NCBI GenBank assembly: GCA_964574355.1 | Contig: CAZNMD010000001.1 | Coordinates: 26,180-90,179, forward strand | Source of the DNA: an uncultured Candidatus Saccharibacteria bacterium | Lineage (GTDB): Bacteria > Patescibacteriota > Minisyncoccia > Phycocordibacterales > DSPV01 | Length of the DNA: 64,000 bases | Direction of reading: 5' to 3' | In this document: positions 18,629-29,262 of the stretch, piece by piece | Position numbering within the stretch: position 1 is the stretch's first letter | Layout of the letters: each line of letters starts with the position of its first letter | Program-made: the position numbers and the translations under genes | The notes under the pieces: generated by a model | The model's database searches: none | What the model saw: the letters and a program-made list of their open reading frames with translations, nothing else | Told to the model about the DNA's origin: nothing

Positions 18629-20443
18629 ATGACAGAAGAAACTGAAAACAAAGAAGAAAAACCTCAAAAAATAACAAAAAAAGGCTTAAAACAAAGCTTT
18701 GGTGTTCTTTTGATTTATCTTAAAAAATATCGAAAAGAAACTATCGCTCTTTCGATCTTAGGTATTGTTTCGGCTATTGGAAACGGCACAATTCCTTTTA
18801 TTGCTGGTCGGTTTTTTGACGCGATCATTAAACCTGACACGGTACCCCTCTTTGGCCACGTCGTCCCTCTTTTTGCTGTTCTCCTGGGCCTTTGGTCTCT
18901 CATCCAAATTGTTACGTACCTTATGGATTGGCAAATTAACATCAAGAGTGAAAATTTTTCAAACAGTGTCTGGGTTGATTATTGGGCAAAAGGGGTAGGG
19001 CACCTTTTAACCCTCCCTATGGCTTTTCATAAAGCTAAAAAAATTGGTGAAGTAGGGGAAAAAATAAATCGAGCAGCATTTTCTTTGGAAACCATCGTTG
19101 GCCGTATCGTTATTGATCTTGCACCTCAATTTCTTTCAATCGCCATCGCTCTTGGTGTCGGTTTTTATATTGAACCGCTACTCGCACTCGTTCTTGTAGC
19201 TGGAATCGTGTTGTATACCATCGTCCTTGCACGATCAGTTGCACCAATTGCTGAAATTCAACGAGAGTATCAAACTCACTTATGGGGTGTTTTTGGTGAC
19301 AGTTTTGACCTCATGGGCAATACCCAAACAGTAAAACAAGCTGGAGCAGAAAAACATGAATTTGATCGAATGGAAAATAAGCTGAAGGGTCCCGTTCTCG
19401 GTTTATGGGGCAAAATGAATCGTGTATGGAGTGACTTAACGCTCTATCAACGAATCATTATTCTTGTCACTCAGCTGACTATTTTTATCGCTTCAGTTGT
19501 TTTTATTGCTCGCGGTAACATGACGATTGGAGATCTTCTGGCCTTTAACGCTTACGCCACCATGGTCTTTGGTCCTTTTGTAGTTGTTGGTCGTAATTGG
19601 CAAACAATTCAAAATGGTGTCATTCAACTTGAAGAAGCAGAGGCGGTTATGAATGAAATACCTGAAAACTACCACCCATCAGGAAAACATATTCATACAC
19701 CTATACGAGGCGATATCACATTTGAAAATGTTGTTTTCTACTACGACGAAAAGAAGCAAGTACTCCAAGATATTTCATTCAAAGCTAAAGCCGGAGAAAT
19801 AATCGCCCTTGTTGGCGAATCCGGCGTTGGTAAATCAACCCTCGTCGAACTCATTGGGGGATATCATTTTCCAGTGTCAGGAAAAGTTCTCGTTGATAGT
19901 ATTCCAATTGAGGATATTGATCTTGTCTCTCTTCGTTCACAAATCGCAATCGTGCCACAAGAAGTTGTGCTGTTTAACGACACCATCATTCACAACATTC
20001 GCTACGGAAAATTTGACGCAACTGAAGAAGAAGTCAAGGAAGCTGCAAAAAAGGCACATGCGCATGACTTTATCGAAAAATTTCCTGACAAATGGCAACA
20101 AACGGTGGGTGAGCGTGGTGTAAAACTTTCTGTTGGACAAAAACAGCGTGTCGCTATTGCGCGGGCTATTCTTCGAAATCCTCGCATTCTCATACTCGAT
20201 GAACCAACATCAGCACTTGATGCCGGCTCAGAAAAAATAATCACTGAATCACTTGAAAAATTAATGGAAGGAAAAACAACATTCATCGTCGCTCATCGAC
20301 TTTCAACTGTTCGCAAAGCAAATAAAATTCTCGTATTTAAGGAAGGCAAAATTGTTGAATGGGGAACGCACGACGAGTTACTCAAAAAGGAGGGTGGGGA
20401 ATATCGACGACTGTACGAACTCCAGATCGGTTTACATGAATAA
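18629..20443 (+). CDS. ABC exporter, fused TMD-NBD (MsbA/MdlB-like)
   Basis: Six TMs, Walker A GESGVGKS, signature LSVGQKQR, ILDEPTSALD, AHRLST. Confidence 0.95.
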   Translation: MTEETENKEEKPQKITKKGLKQSFGVLLIYLKKYRKETIALSILGIVSAIGNGTIPFIAGRFFDAIIKPDTVPLFGHVVPLFAVLLGLWSLIQIVTYLMDWQINIKSENFSNSVWVDYWAKGVGHLLTLPMAFHKAKKIGEVGEKINRAAFSLETIVGRIVIDLAPQFLSIAIALGVGFYIEPLLALVLVAGIVLYTIVLARSVAPIAEIQREYQTHLWGVFGDSFDLMGNTQTVKQAGAEKHEFDRMENKLKGPVLGLWGKMNRVWSDLTLYQRIIILVTQLTIFIASVVFIARGNMTIGDLLAFNAYATMVFGPFVVVGRNWQTIQNGVIQLEEAEAVMNEIPENYHPSGKHIHTPIRGDITFENVVFYYDEKKQVLQDISFKAKAGEIIALVGESGVGKSTLVELIGGYHFPVSGKVLVDSIPIEDIDLVSLRSQIAIVPQEVVLFNDTIIHNIRYGKFDATEEEVKEAAKKAHAHDFIEKFPDKWQQTVGERGVKLSVGQKQRVAIARAILRNPRILILDEPTSALDAGSEKIITESLEKLMEGKTTFIVAHRLSTVRKANKILVFKEGKIVEWGTHDELLKKEGGEYRRLYELQIGLHE

Positions 20444-20448
20444 ATAAC

Positions 20449-20478
20449 AAAAGGACCTCGCATCTGCGGGCCCTTTTT
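20449..20478. terminator. Bidirectional terminator
   Basis: AAAAGGACCTCGCA-TC-TGCGGGCCCTTTTT. Confidence 0.7.
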
Positions 20479-20698
20479 AATTTATTTTTTCTTTTTTCTT
20501 TTTTATTTTTTGTCTCTTTCCGCGCATTTAGAGACGCGCTGCGACTATTCGCCCCCTATTCCAACAGCGTAAGCCTCAATGTAAGGCTCAAAACTGCTCT
20601 TTGAAGAGCTATCCTGCCACCTAAGTTAGTACTAGCATAATAATCATATGGTGTCAATTATTATTGAATACCTACTAGAAAAAGGATACACTGTCGAA

Positions 20699-22507
20699 AT
20701 GTCTAAACAAAAACAAAATCCTAAAAAAGACTCAGGAATCAAGACTAAATGGGATTTAACTCTACTCTATAAAAACGAAAACGATCCGCAGATTGAGGCT
20801 GATGTGAAAGCAGCTGAAGCGGCATATGATGCATTTGCTACAAAATACAAAGAGAACTCAACCTATCTTACCAATGAAACCAACCTGAAAGAGGCCCTTG
20901 AAGATTACGAAAAACTGTACACGCTTCACGATACAAAAGCCTACCTCTATTTTATGTATCGGATTTCACTGGAAAGCCAGAACACAAAGATAGGAGCAAA
21001 GCTTACCATGCTCACAGAAACCCTTAATAAGCATGCAAATAAAATTGTCTTTTTTGATGTCTCTCTATCAAAAATTTCTCTAGACCAACAAACAATCTTT
21101 TTGAAAAGCGACCTCTTGAAACCGTACCGCTACTTTCTTGCACGAAAATTTGAAAAAGGTAAACATACGCTCACAGAAGCCGAAGAAAAGATTTTAAATT
21201 TGACTGGCTTGCCGTCATACATGCTGTGGGTAAAGGGCAACGAAACAATTCTAGGAAAACAAGTTGTTATCTGGAAAAAAAAGAAAGTGTCACTTTCTGA
21301 GGCAATGAATAAAATTGTCACCCTTCAAACAAAAGAACGTCGTGCACTTTCCGCCATTGTTCATGAAAAATTAAAAGAGGTTTCTGATTTTGCCGAAAAT
21401 GAACTAAACGCAATTGTTATAGATAAAAAAATTAGTGACGAACTTCGAGGTTACAAAACTCCTTTCGATGAAACGATCCGTGCATACCACAATGAACCCG
21501 ATACCGTGAAAAATCTTGTTGAAACGGTTACAAGACATTTTTCTCTTTCGCATCGTTTTTACAAGCTGAAAGCAAAACTCCTAGGAGAGAAAAAACTTGT
21601 CTACGCTGATCGTAGCGCTGAAATAGGAAAAACAAATAAAAAAATCTCTTTTAATGAAGCGGTTGGTATTGTTTCCCGCGGTTTTGCAAAGGTTCACCCA
21701 GATTACGCTGCTATTTTTTCTTCAATGCTTTCAAAGGGTCAAATTGACGTCTACCCCTATCAGGGCAAGGAAAGCGGAGCATTTTGCTCTGGTCATAAAA
21801 ATTTACCAACGTTTGTTCTTTTGAACCAAGTCAACAATTTTGACTCCGTTACCACCATGGCTCATGAAATGGGTCACGCGATTCACTCTGAATTATCGAA
21901 CCAAAACCAGCGGCCGCTCTACAGTAATTACTCTACTGCCGTTGCCGAAACAGCAAGTACTTTCTTTGAAAATTTTGTTTTCGATGAAATTTTTGAAACA
22001 CTTTCAAAAAAAGAAAAAATTGTTGCCCTTCATGATCGAATTACCGATTCGATTCAAACAGTTTTTCGACAAATCGCCTGTTTTAATTTTGAACTTGAAC
22101 TACACACAACCATAAGAGAGCGGGGCACTATTTCAAAAGACGAGATCCTTGTGCTTATGAACAAACACATGCAAGCGTACCTAGGTCCAGCTTTCAAACT
22201 AGTTCCTGATGACGGTTATATGTTTGTTGCATGGTCACACTTGCGACGTTTCTTTTATGTCTACTCATATGCTTTTGGAAAAATTATTTCAACCGCACTT
22301 TATGAGATGTACAAAAAAGATGTAGGTACAGAAAAGAAAATTCGACAATTTCTTTCAGCGGGGGGTTCAGCTTCACCTGAAGACATTTTTGCATCAATCG
22401 GTATTGATATTCGAAAACCTGACTTTTTTGAGCTTGGACTCAAAAAAATTGAGGCGGATATTATTACACTTGAGAAGTTAAGCAGTTTATCCGCGAACAA
22501 GCTATAA
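20699..22507 (+). CDS. pepF: Oligoendopeptidase F (M3B family)
   Basis: WDL N-terminus, AHEMGH zinc motif, AETAS, FYVYSYAFG; ATG 20699 follows a TACACT -10. Confidence 0.9.
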   Translation: MSKQKQNPKKDSGIKTKWDLTLLYKNENDPQIEADVKAAEAAYDAFATKYKENSTYLTNETNLKEALEDYEKLYTLHDTKAYLYFMYRISLESQNTKIGAKLTMLTETLNKHANKIVFFDVSLSKISLDQQTIFLKSDLLKPYRYFLARKFEKGKHTLTEAEEKILNLTGLPSYMLWVKGNETILGKQVVIWKKKKVSLSEAMNKIVTLQTKERRALSAIVHEKLKEVSDFAENELNAIVIDKKISDELRGYKTPFDETIRAYHNEPDTVKNLVETVTRHFSLSHRFYKLKAKLLGEKKLVYADRSAEIGKTNKKISFNEAVGIVSRGFAKVHPDYAAIFSSMLSKGQIDVYPYQGKESGAFCSGHKNLPTFVLLNQVNNFDSVTTMAHEMGHAIHSELSNQNQRPLYSNYSTAVAETASTFFENFVFDEIFETLSKKEKIVALHDRITDSIQTVFRQIACFNFELELHTTIRERGTISKDEILVLMNKHMQAYLGPAFKLVPDDGYMFVAWSHLRRFFYVYSYAFGKIISTALYEMYKKDVGTEKKIRQFLSAGGSASPEDIFASIGIDIRKPDFFELGLKKIEADIITLEKLSSLSANKL

Positions 22508-22515
22508 TATCTTTT

Positions 22516-23919
22516 ATGTCACGCACACTCATTGGCGAACTCCATGCTCATATTGGCACCGAAATAACTCTCAAGGGCTGGGTTGATATTCGACGCGACC
22601 ATGGCAAACTTGTCTTTTTTGATTTTCGTGACCGTTCTGGAAAAGTACAGATGGTCGCACTTCCTAACAATAAAGAAGCTCATGCAGCGGCCCAAACAGT
22701 TCGACCAGAATGGGTATTGGAAATAAAAGGGAAGGTTAATGCGCGTCCAGAGCGAATGATAAAAAAGGAAGAACTAAATGGCGATATTGAAATTGAAGTG
22801 TTGGGTATTACCGTATTAAACGAATCAGGCACACCACCTTTTGATCTTGGAACTGATGGACGAGACATAAACGAAGAACGCCGACTTGAATACCGCTACC
22901 TCGACTTACGTCGCCCACGCCTTCAGAAAAATATTCGTATGCGCCACAAAGTAAGCGCTTTTATTCGAGAACAACTCTCAAACGAAGATTTTGTTGAAAT
23001 AGAAACACCACTCCTCTCTAAAACAACTCCGGAAGGATCACGAGACTATGTTGTTCCGTCACGTCTCTACAAAGGCTCTTTTTACGCGCTTCCCCAATCA
23101 CCTCAGCAATATAAACAACTCTTAATGACCGCGGGCTTTGAACGCTACTTCCAATTTGCACGTTGTATGCGCGATGAAGATACTCGAGGGGATCGACAAC
23201 CTGAATTTACCCAACTCGATCTTGAAATGAGTTTTGTTGAACGCGAAGATGTTATGGCCCTGAACGAAAAACTACTTATCGAACTTATTGAGAAACTTTA
23301 TCCAGAAAAAATTATTCAGGAGGTTCCTTTTCCACGCCTTACATACAAAGAAGCCATGGAAAAATACGGTAACGACAAGCCAGACCTAAGGCAAGATAAA
23401 GCAAATGAAAATCTTCTCGCCTTTTGCTGGGTTGTTGATTTTCCTTTCTTTGAAAAAACAGACGACGGATCGTGGACATTTACCCATAATCCATTTTCTG
23501 CACCAAAACCAGAACATCGAACATGGCTTATGGAGAAAAAGTCTGTCGGTGACATTTTAACGACTCAGTACGACATCGCTCTCAACGGCTTCGAAATTGG
23601 AGGCGGATCAATTCGTAACCACCAACCAGAATCACTAAAAAAGGTATTCGAAATCATGGGATATACAGAAGAAGAAATCGAAGAAGATTTTCACCACATA
23701 CTTGAAGCATTTTCTTTTGGAACTCCGCCTCATGGTGGTATTGCCTGGGGTTTTGACCGTCTTATGGCTATTCTCGAAAACGAACCGAATATCCGTGAAG
23801 TTATCGCCTTCTCAAAAACTGGTGAGGGTAGGGACCCAATGATGAAATCTCCTTCAACCATTACACCCGAACAACTCATCGAACTAGGTATCACCGTCAA
23901 AAAAGAAGAAAAGAAATAA
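22516..23919 (+). CDS. aspS: Aspartate--tRNA ligase (short, lacks GAD insertion)
   Basis: RRDHG, YLDLRR, PEGSRDY, LPQSPQ, RQPEFTQLD, GGGSIR, PPHGGIAWGFDRL. Confidence 0.97.
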   Translation: MSRTLIGELHAHIGTEITLKGWVDIRRDHGKLVFFDFRDRSGKVQMVALPNNKEAHAAAQTVRPEWVLEIKGKVNARPERMIKKEELNGDIEIEVLGITVLNESGTPPFDLGTDGRDINEERRLEYRYLDLRRPRLQKNIRMRHKVSAFIREQLSNEDFVEIETPLLSKTTPEGSRDYVVPSRLYKGSFYALPQSPQQYKQLLMTAGFERYFQFARCMRDEDTRGDRQPEFTQLDLEMSFVEREDVMALNEKLLIELIEKLYPEKIIQEVPFPRLTYKEAMEKYGNDKPDLRQDKANENLLAFCWVVDFPFFEKTDDGSWTFTHNPFSAPKPEHRTWLMEKKSVGDILTTQYDIALNGFEIGGGSIRNHQPESLKKVFEIMGYTEEEIEEDFHHILEAFSFGTPPHGGIAWGFDRLMAILENEPNIREVIAFSKTGEGRDPMMKSPSTITPEQLIELGITVKKEEKK

Positions 23920-23928
23920 CGTAATTAA

Positions 23929-23959
23929 AAAATCTCCGCGTATAAGACGCGGAGATTTT
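23929..23959. terminator. Bidirectional terminator
   Basis: AAAATCTCCGCGT-ATAAG-ACGCGGAGATTTT between convergent genes. Confidence 0.8.
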
Positions 23960-23976
23960 GATTTTACTTCTCGACT

Positions 23977-24516
23977 TCAATCGAGGAAGAAGATCCTTGT
24001 TCCGGAAGGCCACTCCGTGTCTTCCGTGGGCTCTTGAGCGTCCAAGAGCCACGAACCGTCACCTTTTGACGTTACAACAACCAAATGACCCATCTGATTG
24101 GTCCCCATCATGTAAAGCAGGTTGGGTTGACGCCGAGAGAGAACCACCCCCAACGACAAGGGAGCCTTGAGTAACCCAAACAAGTGTACCGTGTGAGGAA
24201 GGCGAAATGATCCATAATGGACCACATCATGAATGTCCCTGTTTCTTGCCGGGCAAACCGTAGTCAATGGCCTGATTCTGGATTCCGGTTCACGGTTATA
24301 CTTTCGTCCACAAAAGTAGGGACGAAAGTTTTCCGACATTTCCGCTAACGGAGCTTGAAAATCTGTCCACGGCGTAAAATCTTCGACCGCGGACAAGGTA
24401 AACACTGAACCAGAGGGACGAAACAAGTCTCGTCGCCGACCACTTCCATTTCTGGGACCTGTTGCAGCTAACACACCGGTCCCAACCAGCGAATCAGAAA
24501 CATAAAAACGACCCAT
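23977..24516 (-). CDS. Hypothetical protein (orphan cassette)
   Basis: 179-aa ORF with upstream AGAAAGG and a TTGACA-17-TAATTT promoter on the minus strand. Confidence 0.65.
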   Translation of the reverse strand: MGRFYVSDSLVGTGVLAATGPRNGSGRRRDLFRPSGSVFTLSAVEDFTPWTDFQAPLAEMSENFRPYFCGRKYNREPESRIRPLTTVCPARNRDIHDVVHYGSFRLPHTVHLFGLLKAPLSLGVVLSRRQPNLLYMMGTNQMGHLVVVTSKGDGSWLLDAQEPTEDTEWPSGTRIFFLD

Positions 24517-24724
24517 AGATCAAACCTTTCTATTCTATTTTTTTGAGTTTAGCCCCAAAACAGACAGCATTGCTATCTGTTTATATCCTATAATAAATTA
24601 CTCTTAATATTACACTTTGTCAACTATTACAGCCTTCTGTTTCCCAAAAAAGAACTGCCCGAAGCCCCATCTTCAGTGGATATACACCCTAACAATTGGC
24701 CACAAAATAGGGTAAAATGCGAGA

Positions 24725-25453
24725 GTGAACGAACAATATACGGTTAAAACAGAGGTTTTTGAGGGGCCCCTCCATCTCCTCCTGGATCTTATAGAAAAGC
24801 GGAAGCTTTTAATTAACGACGTCTCATTAGCCCAGGTAGCTGATGATTTTATTGCATACCTAGAAAAACAGGATGCGTTCTCAATGAAAGATACTGCAGA
24901 ATTTATTCTTATTGCCTCAACGCTACTTCTTATAAAATCAAAATCGCTCCTTCCAACACTGAACCTGACAAACGAAGAGCAGGGCGATATTGCAAATTTA
25001 GAATTGCGCCTAAAACTCTACCAACGCTTCAAAGAACTCGCGGGACATCTTCGATCAGTATTTGGTAAAACCCCTCTTTTTTCTCCTGAGCCTCGTCCTC
25101 GCGAAATTGTTTTTTCAGCGCATGCACGAATTACAAATGGGAATCTTCTTACAGCTATACGGGAAGCTCTCAACAATGTTCCTCGGCTTGTTCATACTCC
25201 GAGCGTCACAGTAAAAAAAGTAGTTTCTCTAGAAGAAATGATTGTTAACCTTTCTGATCGTATTAAAGGCGCCCTTACCATGAGCTTTCGTGATTTTTCT
25301 GGAATTGGTAAAAAAGAAAAAGTTGAAGTTATCGTATCATTTCTCGCCATGCTTGAATTAGTAAAACGTGGTGTTCTTTTAGTAAAACAGGAGAATCACT
25401 TTGACGACATTACCATTGAGACTGATTCTATTTCTATTCCAAGCTATGCCTGA
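24725..25453 (+). CDS. scpA: Segregation and condensation protein A
   Basis: FEGPLHLLLDLI, ASTLLLIKSKSLLP, SFLAMLELVK. Confidence 0.95.
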   Translation: MNEQYTVKTEVFEGPLHLLLDLIEKRKLLINDVSLAQVADDFIAYLEKQDAFSMKDTAEFILIASTLLLIKSKSLLPTLNLTNEEQGDIANLELRLKLYQRFKELAGHLRSVFGKTPLFSPEPRPREIVFSAHARITNGNLLTAIREALNNVPRLVHTPSVTVKKVVSLEEMIVNLSDRIKGALTMSFRDFSGIGKKEKVEVIVSFLAMLELVKRGVLLVKQENHFDDITIETDSISIPSYA

Positions 25454-26030
25454 CCAAAACCAACAACCCCTAGCCCTTTCTTCTCAACTTGAAGCCGTAT
25501 TGTTTTTCCATGCAGAACCGTTAAGTTTAAAAGAGCTTACTGTCATTTTGAAAGAACCGATAGAAACGGTGAAAGTGGCTCTCAAAGAACTAGAGACGGC
25601 TTTATACGGTCGAGGTATTTCTCTTATCCAAATTAACGACGTATATTCCCTCGGAACCGCAAAAGAAGCTTCTTCTTTAATCGAAGAAATGACAAAAGAG
25701 GAGCTCTCAAAAGATATTGGAAAAGCGGGCCTTGAAACATTAGCAATTATTATGTACAAAGGCGCCGTTACACGAAAAGAAATTGATTTTATTCGTGGAG
25801 TAAATTCAACATTTATTATCAGAAACCTTTTGATTCGCGGCTTGATTGAAAAAGTTGAAGACGAGGGGGACAAAAGACAATTTCGATACAGAGCAACTAT
25901 TGATTTACTTTCTCATCTTGGTCTTTCAAAAACAGAAGATTTACCTGAATTTACCACCATGAAAACTGAACTTGAAAAACTACACGAACATACGGAGACA
26001 AAACAAGAGTTACCTGTACTCCCTGAATAA
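25446..26030 (+). CDS. scpB: Segregation and condensation protein B
   Basis: LEAVLF, LETLAII, EIDFIRGVNS, LLIRGLI; ATG overlaps the scpA end. Confidence 0.95.
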   Translation: MPDQNQQPLALSSQLEAVLFFHAEPLSLKELTVILKEPIETVKVALKELETALYGRGISLIQINDVYSLGTAKEASSLIEEMTKEELSKDIGKAGLETLAIIMYKGAVTRKEIDFIRGVNSTFIIRNLLIRGLIEKVEDEGDKRQFRYRATIDLLSHLGLSKTEDLPEFTTMKTELEKLHEHTETKQELPVLPE

Positions 26031-26032
26031 AT

Positions 26033-27022
26033 ATGGATACATACGAACAAAAAGAAAATCTATTTGAAACAAAAGAGCTTTTACAGTACTCACTTTTTTT
26101 TGTTGGTATTATTTCTGTTTTTCTCATTACAAAATCAATACATCAATCACCAACCTCAGCTACTGCATTAGTAACTACAGCAACGGAAACAGCCATTACT
26201 CCTCCAAACCCATTTGAATCTGTTTCATTTCGTTCTCAAGCAGCGGCAGTATACGACGTGAACTCTGAAAGTTTTTTATTTACAACAAACGCTGATGCAC
26301 CACTCGCACTTGCTTCGCTAACAAAACTAATGACCGCAGTTGTCGCTGTTGAATCTGCTCCAGAAAACAAAACAATTACTATTCCTCGCACCGCATTACT
26401 CAAAGAAGGGGATAGCGGGCTTCAGTTAGGTGAAACCTGGAACCTTTCTGAACTTATTGATTACATGATGGTTGTATCATCAAACGACGGAGCAGCCGCT
26501 CTCGCTATTTCTATAGGTGCCCAGCCACTTCCAGGCCAAGGAGATGGAACACCAACCCCCTATCCTGATCCTGAGGCTCGATTTATTTCAAGAATGAACG
26601 CTACAGCAAATCGTCTTAACCTGAGAAATATGCATTTCAATAATGAATCAGGACTCGATAGTACCGCCAACCAAGGAGGAAGTTATGGCTCAGCTCGCGA
26701 TGTGGCAAAACTTATGGCATATACACTCATTAATCATCCAGAAATTTTGAAAGAAACAACAAAAACAAAAACAACTATATCCTCTCTTGAAAAAACAAGA
26801 GAGGCAATAAACACAAATCCTTTTGTTGATACAATTCCTGGCATCATTGGTAGTAAAACTGGTTTTACTGATATCGCCGGAGGTAACTTGGTTGTCGCCT
26901 TTGATGCTGGATTTAACCAACCAGTTGTCGTTGTTGTTCTTGGTTCAACTCCTGAAAGCCGTTTTACTGATGTTGATACACTGATCTACGCAACAAGACA
27001 GTGGTTTGCTAATCAACCTTAA
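26033..27022 (+). CDS. D-alanyl-D-alanine carboxypeptidase (S11)
   Basis: ASLTKLMT (SxxK), SSN (SxN), KTG motifs; N-terminal TM. Confidence 0.92.
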   Translation: MDTYEQKENLFETKELLQYSLFFVGIISVFLITKSIHQSPTSATALVTTATETAITPPNPFESVSFRSQAAAVYDVNSESFLFTTNADAPLALASLTKLMTAVVAVESAPENKTITIPRTALLKEGDSGLQLGETWNLSELIDYMMVVSSNDGAAALAISIGAQPLPGQGDGTPTPYPDPEARFISRMNATANRLNLRNMHFNNESGLDSTANQGGSYGSARDVAKLMAYTLINHPEILKETTKTKTTISSLEKTREAINTNPFVDTIPGIIGSKTGFTDIAGGNLVVAFDAGFNQPVVVVVLGSTPESRFTDVDTLIYATRQWFANQP

Positions 27023-27033
27023 ATAAAGATTTT

Positions 27034-28119
27034 ATGAACTTTATCATTACCGATTTTGTAAAACTACTTTTACCAGCAACACTATCTTTCGTCGTTGGTA
27101 TCGGGCTAGCAGTTATTCTTTCCCACTATCTATACAAATACAAATTATGGAAACCAAAAGCAGGGAAAATTGATCTTTCTGGCAACGAAACACCTATATT
27201 CAACGCCCTTCACAAAGACAAAGAAATAAACACTCCGCGAATGGGAGGCATTATTGTATGGCTGTCACCTCTCGTCACTGTTATGCTTTTGTGGATTGTT
27301 GCATTTGTATATCCTGCAGCATCATTTGTTAAACTTGATCTTCTTTCACGAAATCAAACATGGCTACCTCTTTTTGCATTGGTTATTGGAGGGCTCATTG
27401 GAATAATCGATGACTGGTTTGAAATAAAAGGTTTTGGCGGCAGAAAAGCGGGAGGGTTGTCTCTAAAGAAACGACTCTTTCTTGTTTCTCTTATTGGACT
27501 CGTCGGCGGTTTTTGGTTTTACGAGAAGTTAGATGTTATTACAATTGGTTTTTCTTATTTTGGCAGCAGTGAAATTCCACTTGGAATACTTTTTATTCCT
27601 TTCTTCGTTATTGTTACTGTAGCTGTGTATTCGGGGGGTATTATTGACGGAATTGATGGTCTTGCCGGAGGAGTTTTTGCAACTGTATTTACTTCATATG
27701 CCGTTATTGCTTTTGTGCAACAACAAATAAATCTTGCAGCCTTCTGTTTAACCGTCGTCGGAGCAATACTTGCTTTTCTCTGGTTTAATATTCCACCAGC
27801 CAGATTTTATATGTCTGAAACAGGAAGCATGGCCTTAACAGTAACTCTTGCCATCGTTGCATTCATGACAGATAGCCTTGGCGAGGGAAGAGGTGTTATC
27901 GTTCTTCCCATTATCGCTCTTCCTCTTTTTCTAACAACTCTTTCAGTTATTATTCAAACACTCTCTAAAAAAATCCGTGGCAAAAAGGTGTTCCTGGCAG
28001 CACCAATACATCACCACTTTGAAGCTATTGGCTGGCCCGCCTACAAAGTTACTATGCGTTATTGGATTTTTGGGGCCCTCTCAGCATTTATTGGTATAGC
28101 GCTCGCGTTGATTAATTAA
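27034..28119 (+). CDS. mraY: Phospho-N-acetylmuramoyl-pentapeptide transferase
   Basis: TPRMGG, GIIDD, DGIDGL, WFNIPPA, APIHHHFE. Confidence 0.96.
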   Translation: MNFIITDFVKLLLPATLSFVVGIGLAVILSHYLYKYKLWKPKAGKIDLSGNETPIFNALHKDKEINTPRMGGIIVWLSPLVTVMLLWIVAFVYPAASFVKLDLLSRNQTWLPLFALVIGGLIGIIDDWFEIKGFGGRKAGGLSLKKRLFLVSLIGLVGGFWFYEKLDVITIGFSYFGSSEIPLGILFIPFFVIVTVAVYSGGIIDGIDGLAGGVFATVFTSYAVIAFVQQQINLAAFCLTVVGAILAFLWFNIPPARFYMSETGSMALTVTLAIVAFMTDSLGEGRGVIVLPIIALPLFLTTLSVIIQTLSKKIRGKKVFLAAPIHHHFEAIGWPAYKVTMRYWIFGALSAFIGIALALIN

Positions 28120-28134
28120 TCAACAAAAAAAACA

Positions 28135-29262
28135 ATGGCCGTGCAACAAAAAGCTGTCGATAAAATCCTTCTTGGAATAATTGGAATATTCATTGTTGTC
28201 GGTTCTGCCTTTTTCATATCAGCTTCTCTTGGATTATTAGCAAGAGAAGCAGGACCGAGCGTTTCACACCTTGCTGTTAAGCAGCTTGTTATTGGTCTTT
28301 GCTTGGGTAGCCTTATTTTGTATATCTTTTCTCGCGTCCCCGTGCTTTTTTGGCGCCGTAATGGTTTCTTTTTGTATATTGCAGGACTTCTAGCCTGCCT
28401 TTTAGTATTTATTCCAGGCCTTGGATTTGAATTTGGCGGAGCACGACGTTGGATTATACTTTTTGGAATCTCTATTCAACCAGCCGAACTACTCAAATTA
28501 GGGGCTGTTGCATACTATGCAGCACTTCTTACTGCGGTTGGAAAAGGAGTACGTGATTTTAGAACCGGCGTCCTTCCAATTTTTTTTGTATTACTTCCCA
28601 TCATTGGCGTGCTCTTTTTACATCCAGACCTAAGTACCCTCGCTGTCACCGTCGCGGCTTTGTTTGGAATGTATATAGCCGGAGGAGGAAAATTTTATCA
28701 CGCAACACTTATTGTTCTTTTTGTTGGACTTATTGGTATTGGAACAATACTCGTCAAACCATACGCCATGGAACGAGTCCAAACATTTCTACACCCAGAA
28801 GCTGACACGGCAGGATCAGGATATCAGATCAATCAATCTCTCACCGCGATTGGTGCCGGTAACTTTTTTGGAAGAGGATTTGGCCAAGGAATTCAAAAAT
28901 TTCGCTATCTACCAGAACCTGTTGGAGATTCCATTTTTGCTGTTATAGGCGAAGAATTTGGGTTTATTGGAACAGGAGGGCTCATTCTTCTTTACCTCGT
29001 TTTTACAGGGCGAGCCCTCACTATTGCCGCAAAAAGTCGCGATCGCTATGGTGGACTCCTCGTTGTTGGAATTGTTATACTAATAATTACTCAATCATTT
29101 TTTAACATGGCATCAATGCTTGGGCTTGTTCCTCTTTCTGGTATGCCACTTGTCTTTGTAAGCCAAGGAGGAACGGCGCTCGTAACGGCTTTAGCGAGCG
29201 TTGGTATAATATTGTCAGTCTCAAGAATAAAACCTCTATCCACTACTCAAACATCTCTATGA
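28135..29262 (+). CDS. ftsW: SEDS peptidoglycan polymerase FtsW
   Basis: GARRWI, QPAELLK, GYQINQS, YLPEPVGDSIFAVIGEEFG; located between mraY and murG. Confidence 0.92.
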   Translation: MAVQQKAVDKILLGIIGIFIVVGSAFFISASLGLLAREAGPSVSHLAVKQLVIGLCLGSLILYIFSRVPVLFWRRNGFFLYIAGLLACLLVFIPGLGFEFGGARRWIILFGISIQPAELLKLGAVAYYAALLTAVGKGVRDFRTGVLPIFFVLLPIIGVLFLHPDLSTLAVTVAALFGMYIAGGGKFYHATLIVLFVGLIGIGTILVKPYAMERVQTFLHPEADTAGSGYQINQSLTAIGAGNFFGRGFGQGIQKFRYLPEPVGDSIFAVIGEEFGFIGTGGLILLYLVFTGRALTIAAKSRDRYGGLLVVGIVILIITQSFFNMASMLGLVPLSGMPLVFVSQGGTALVTALASVGIILSVSRIKPLSTTQTSL

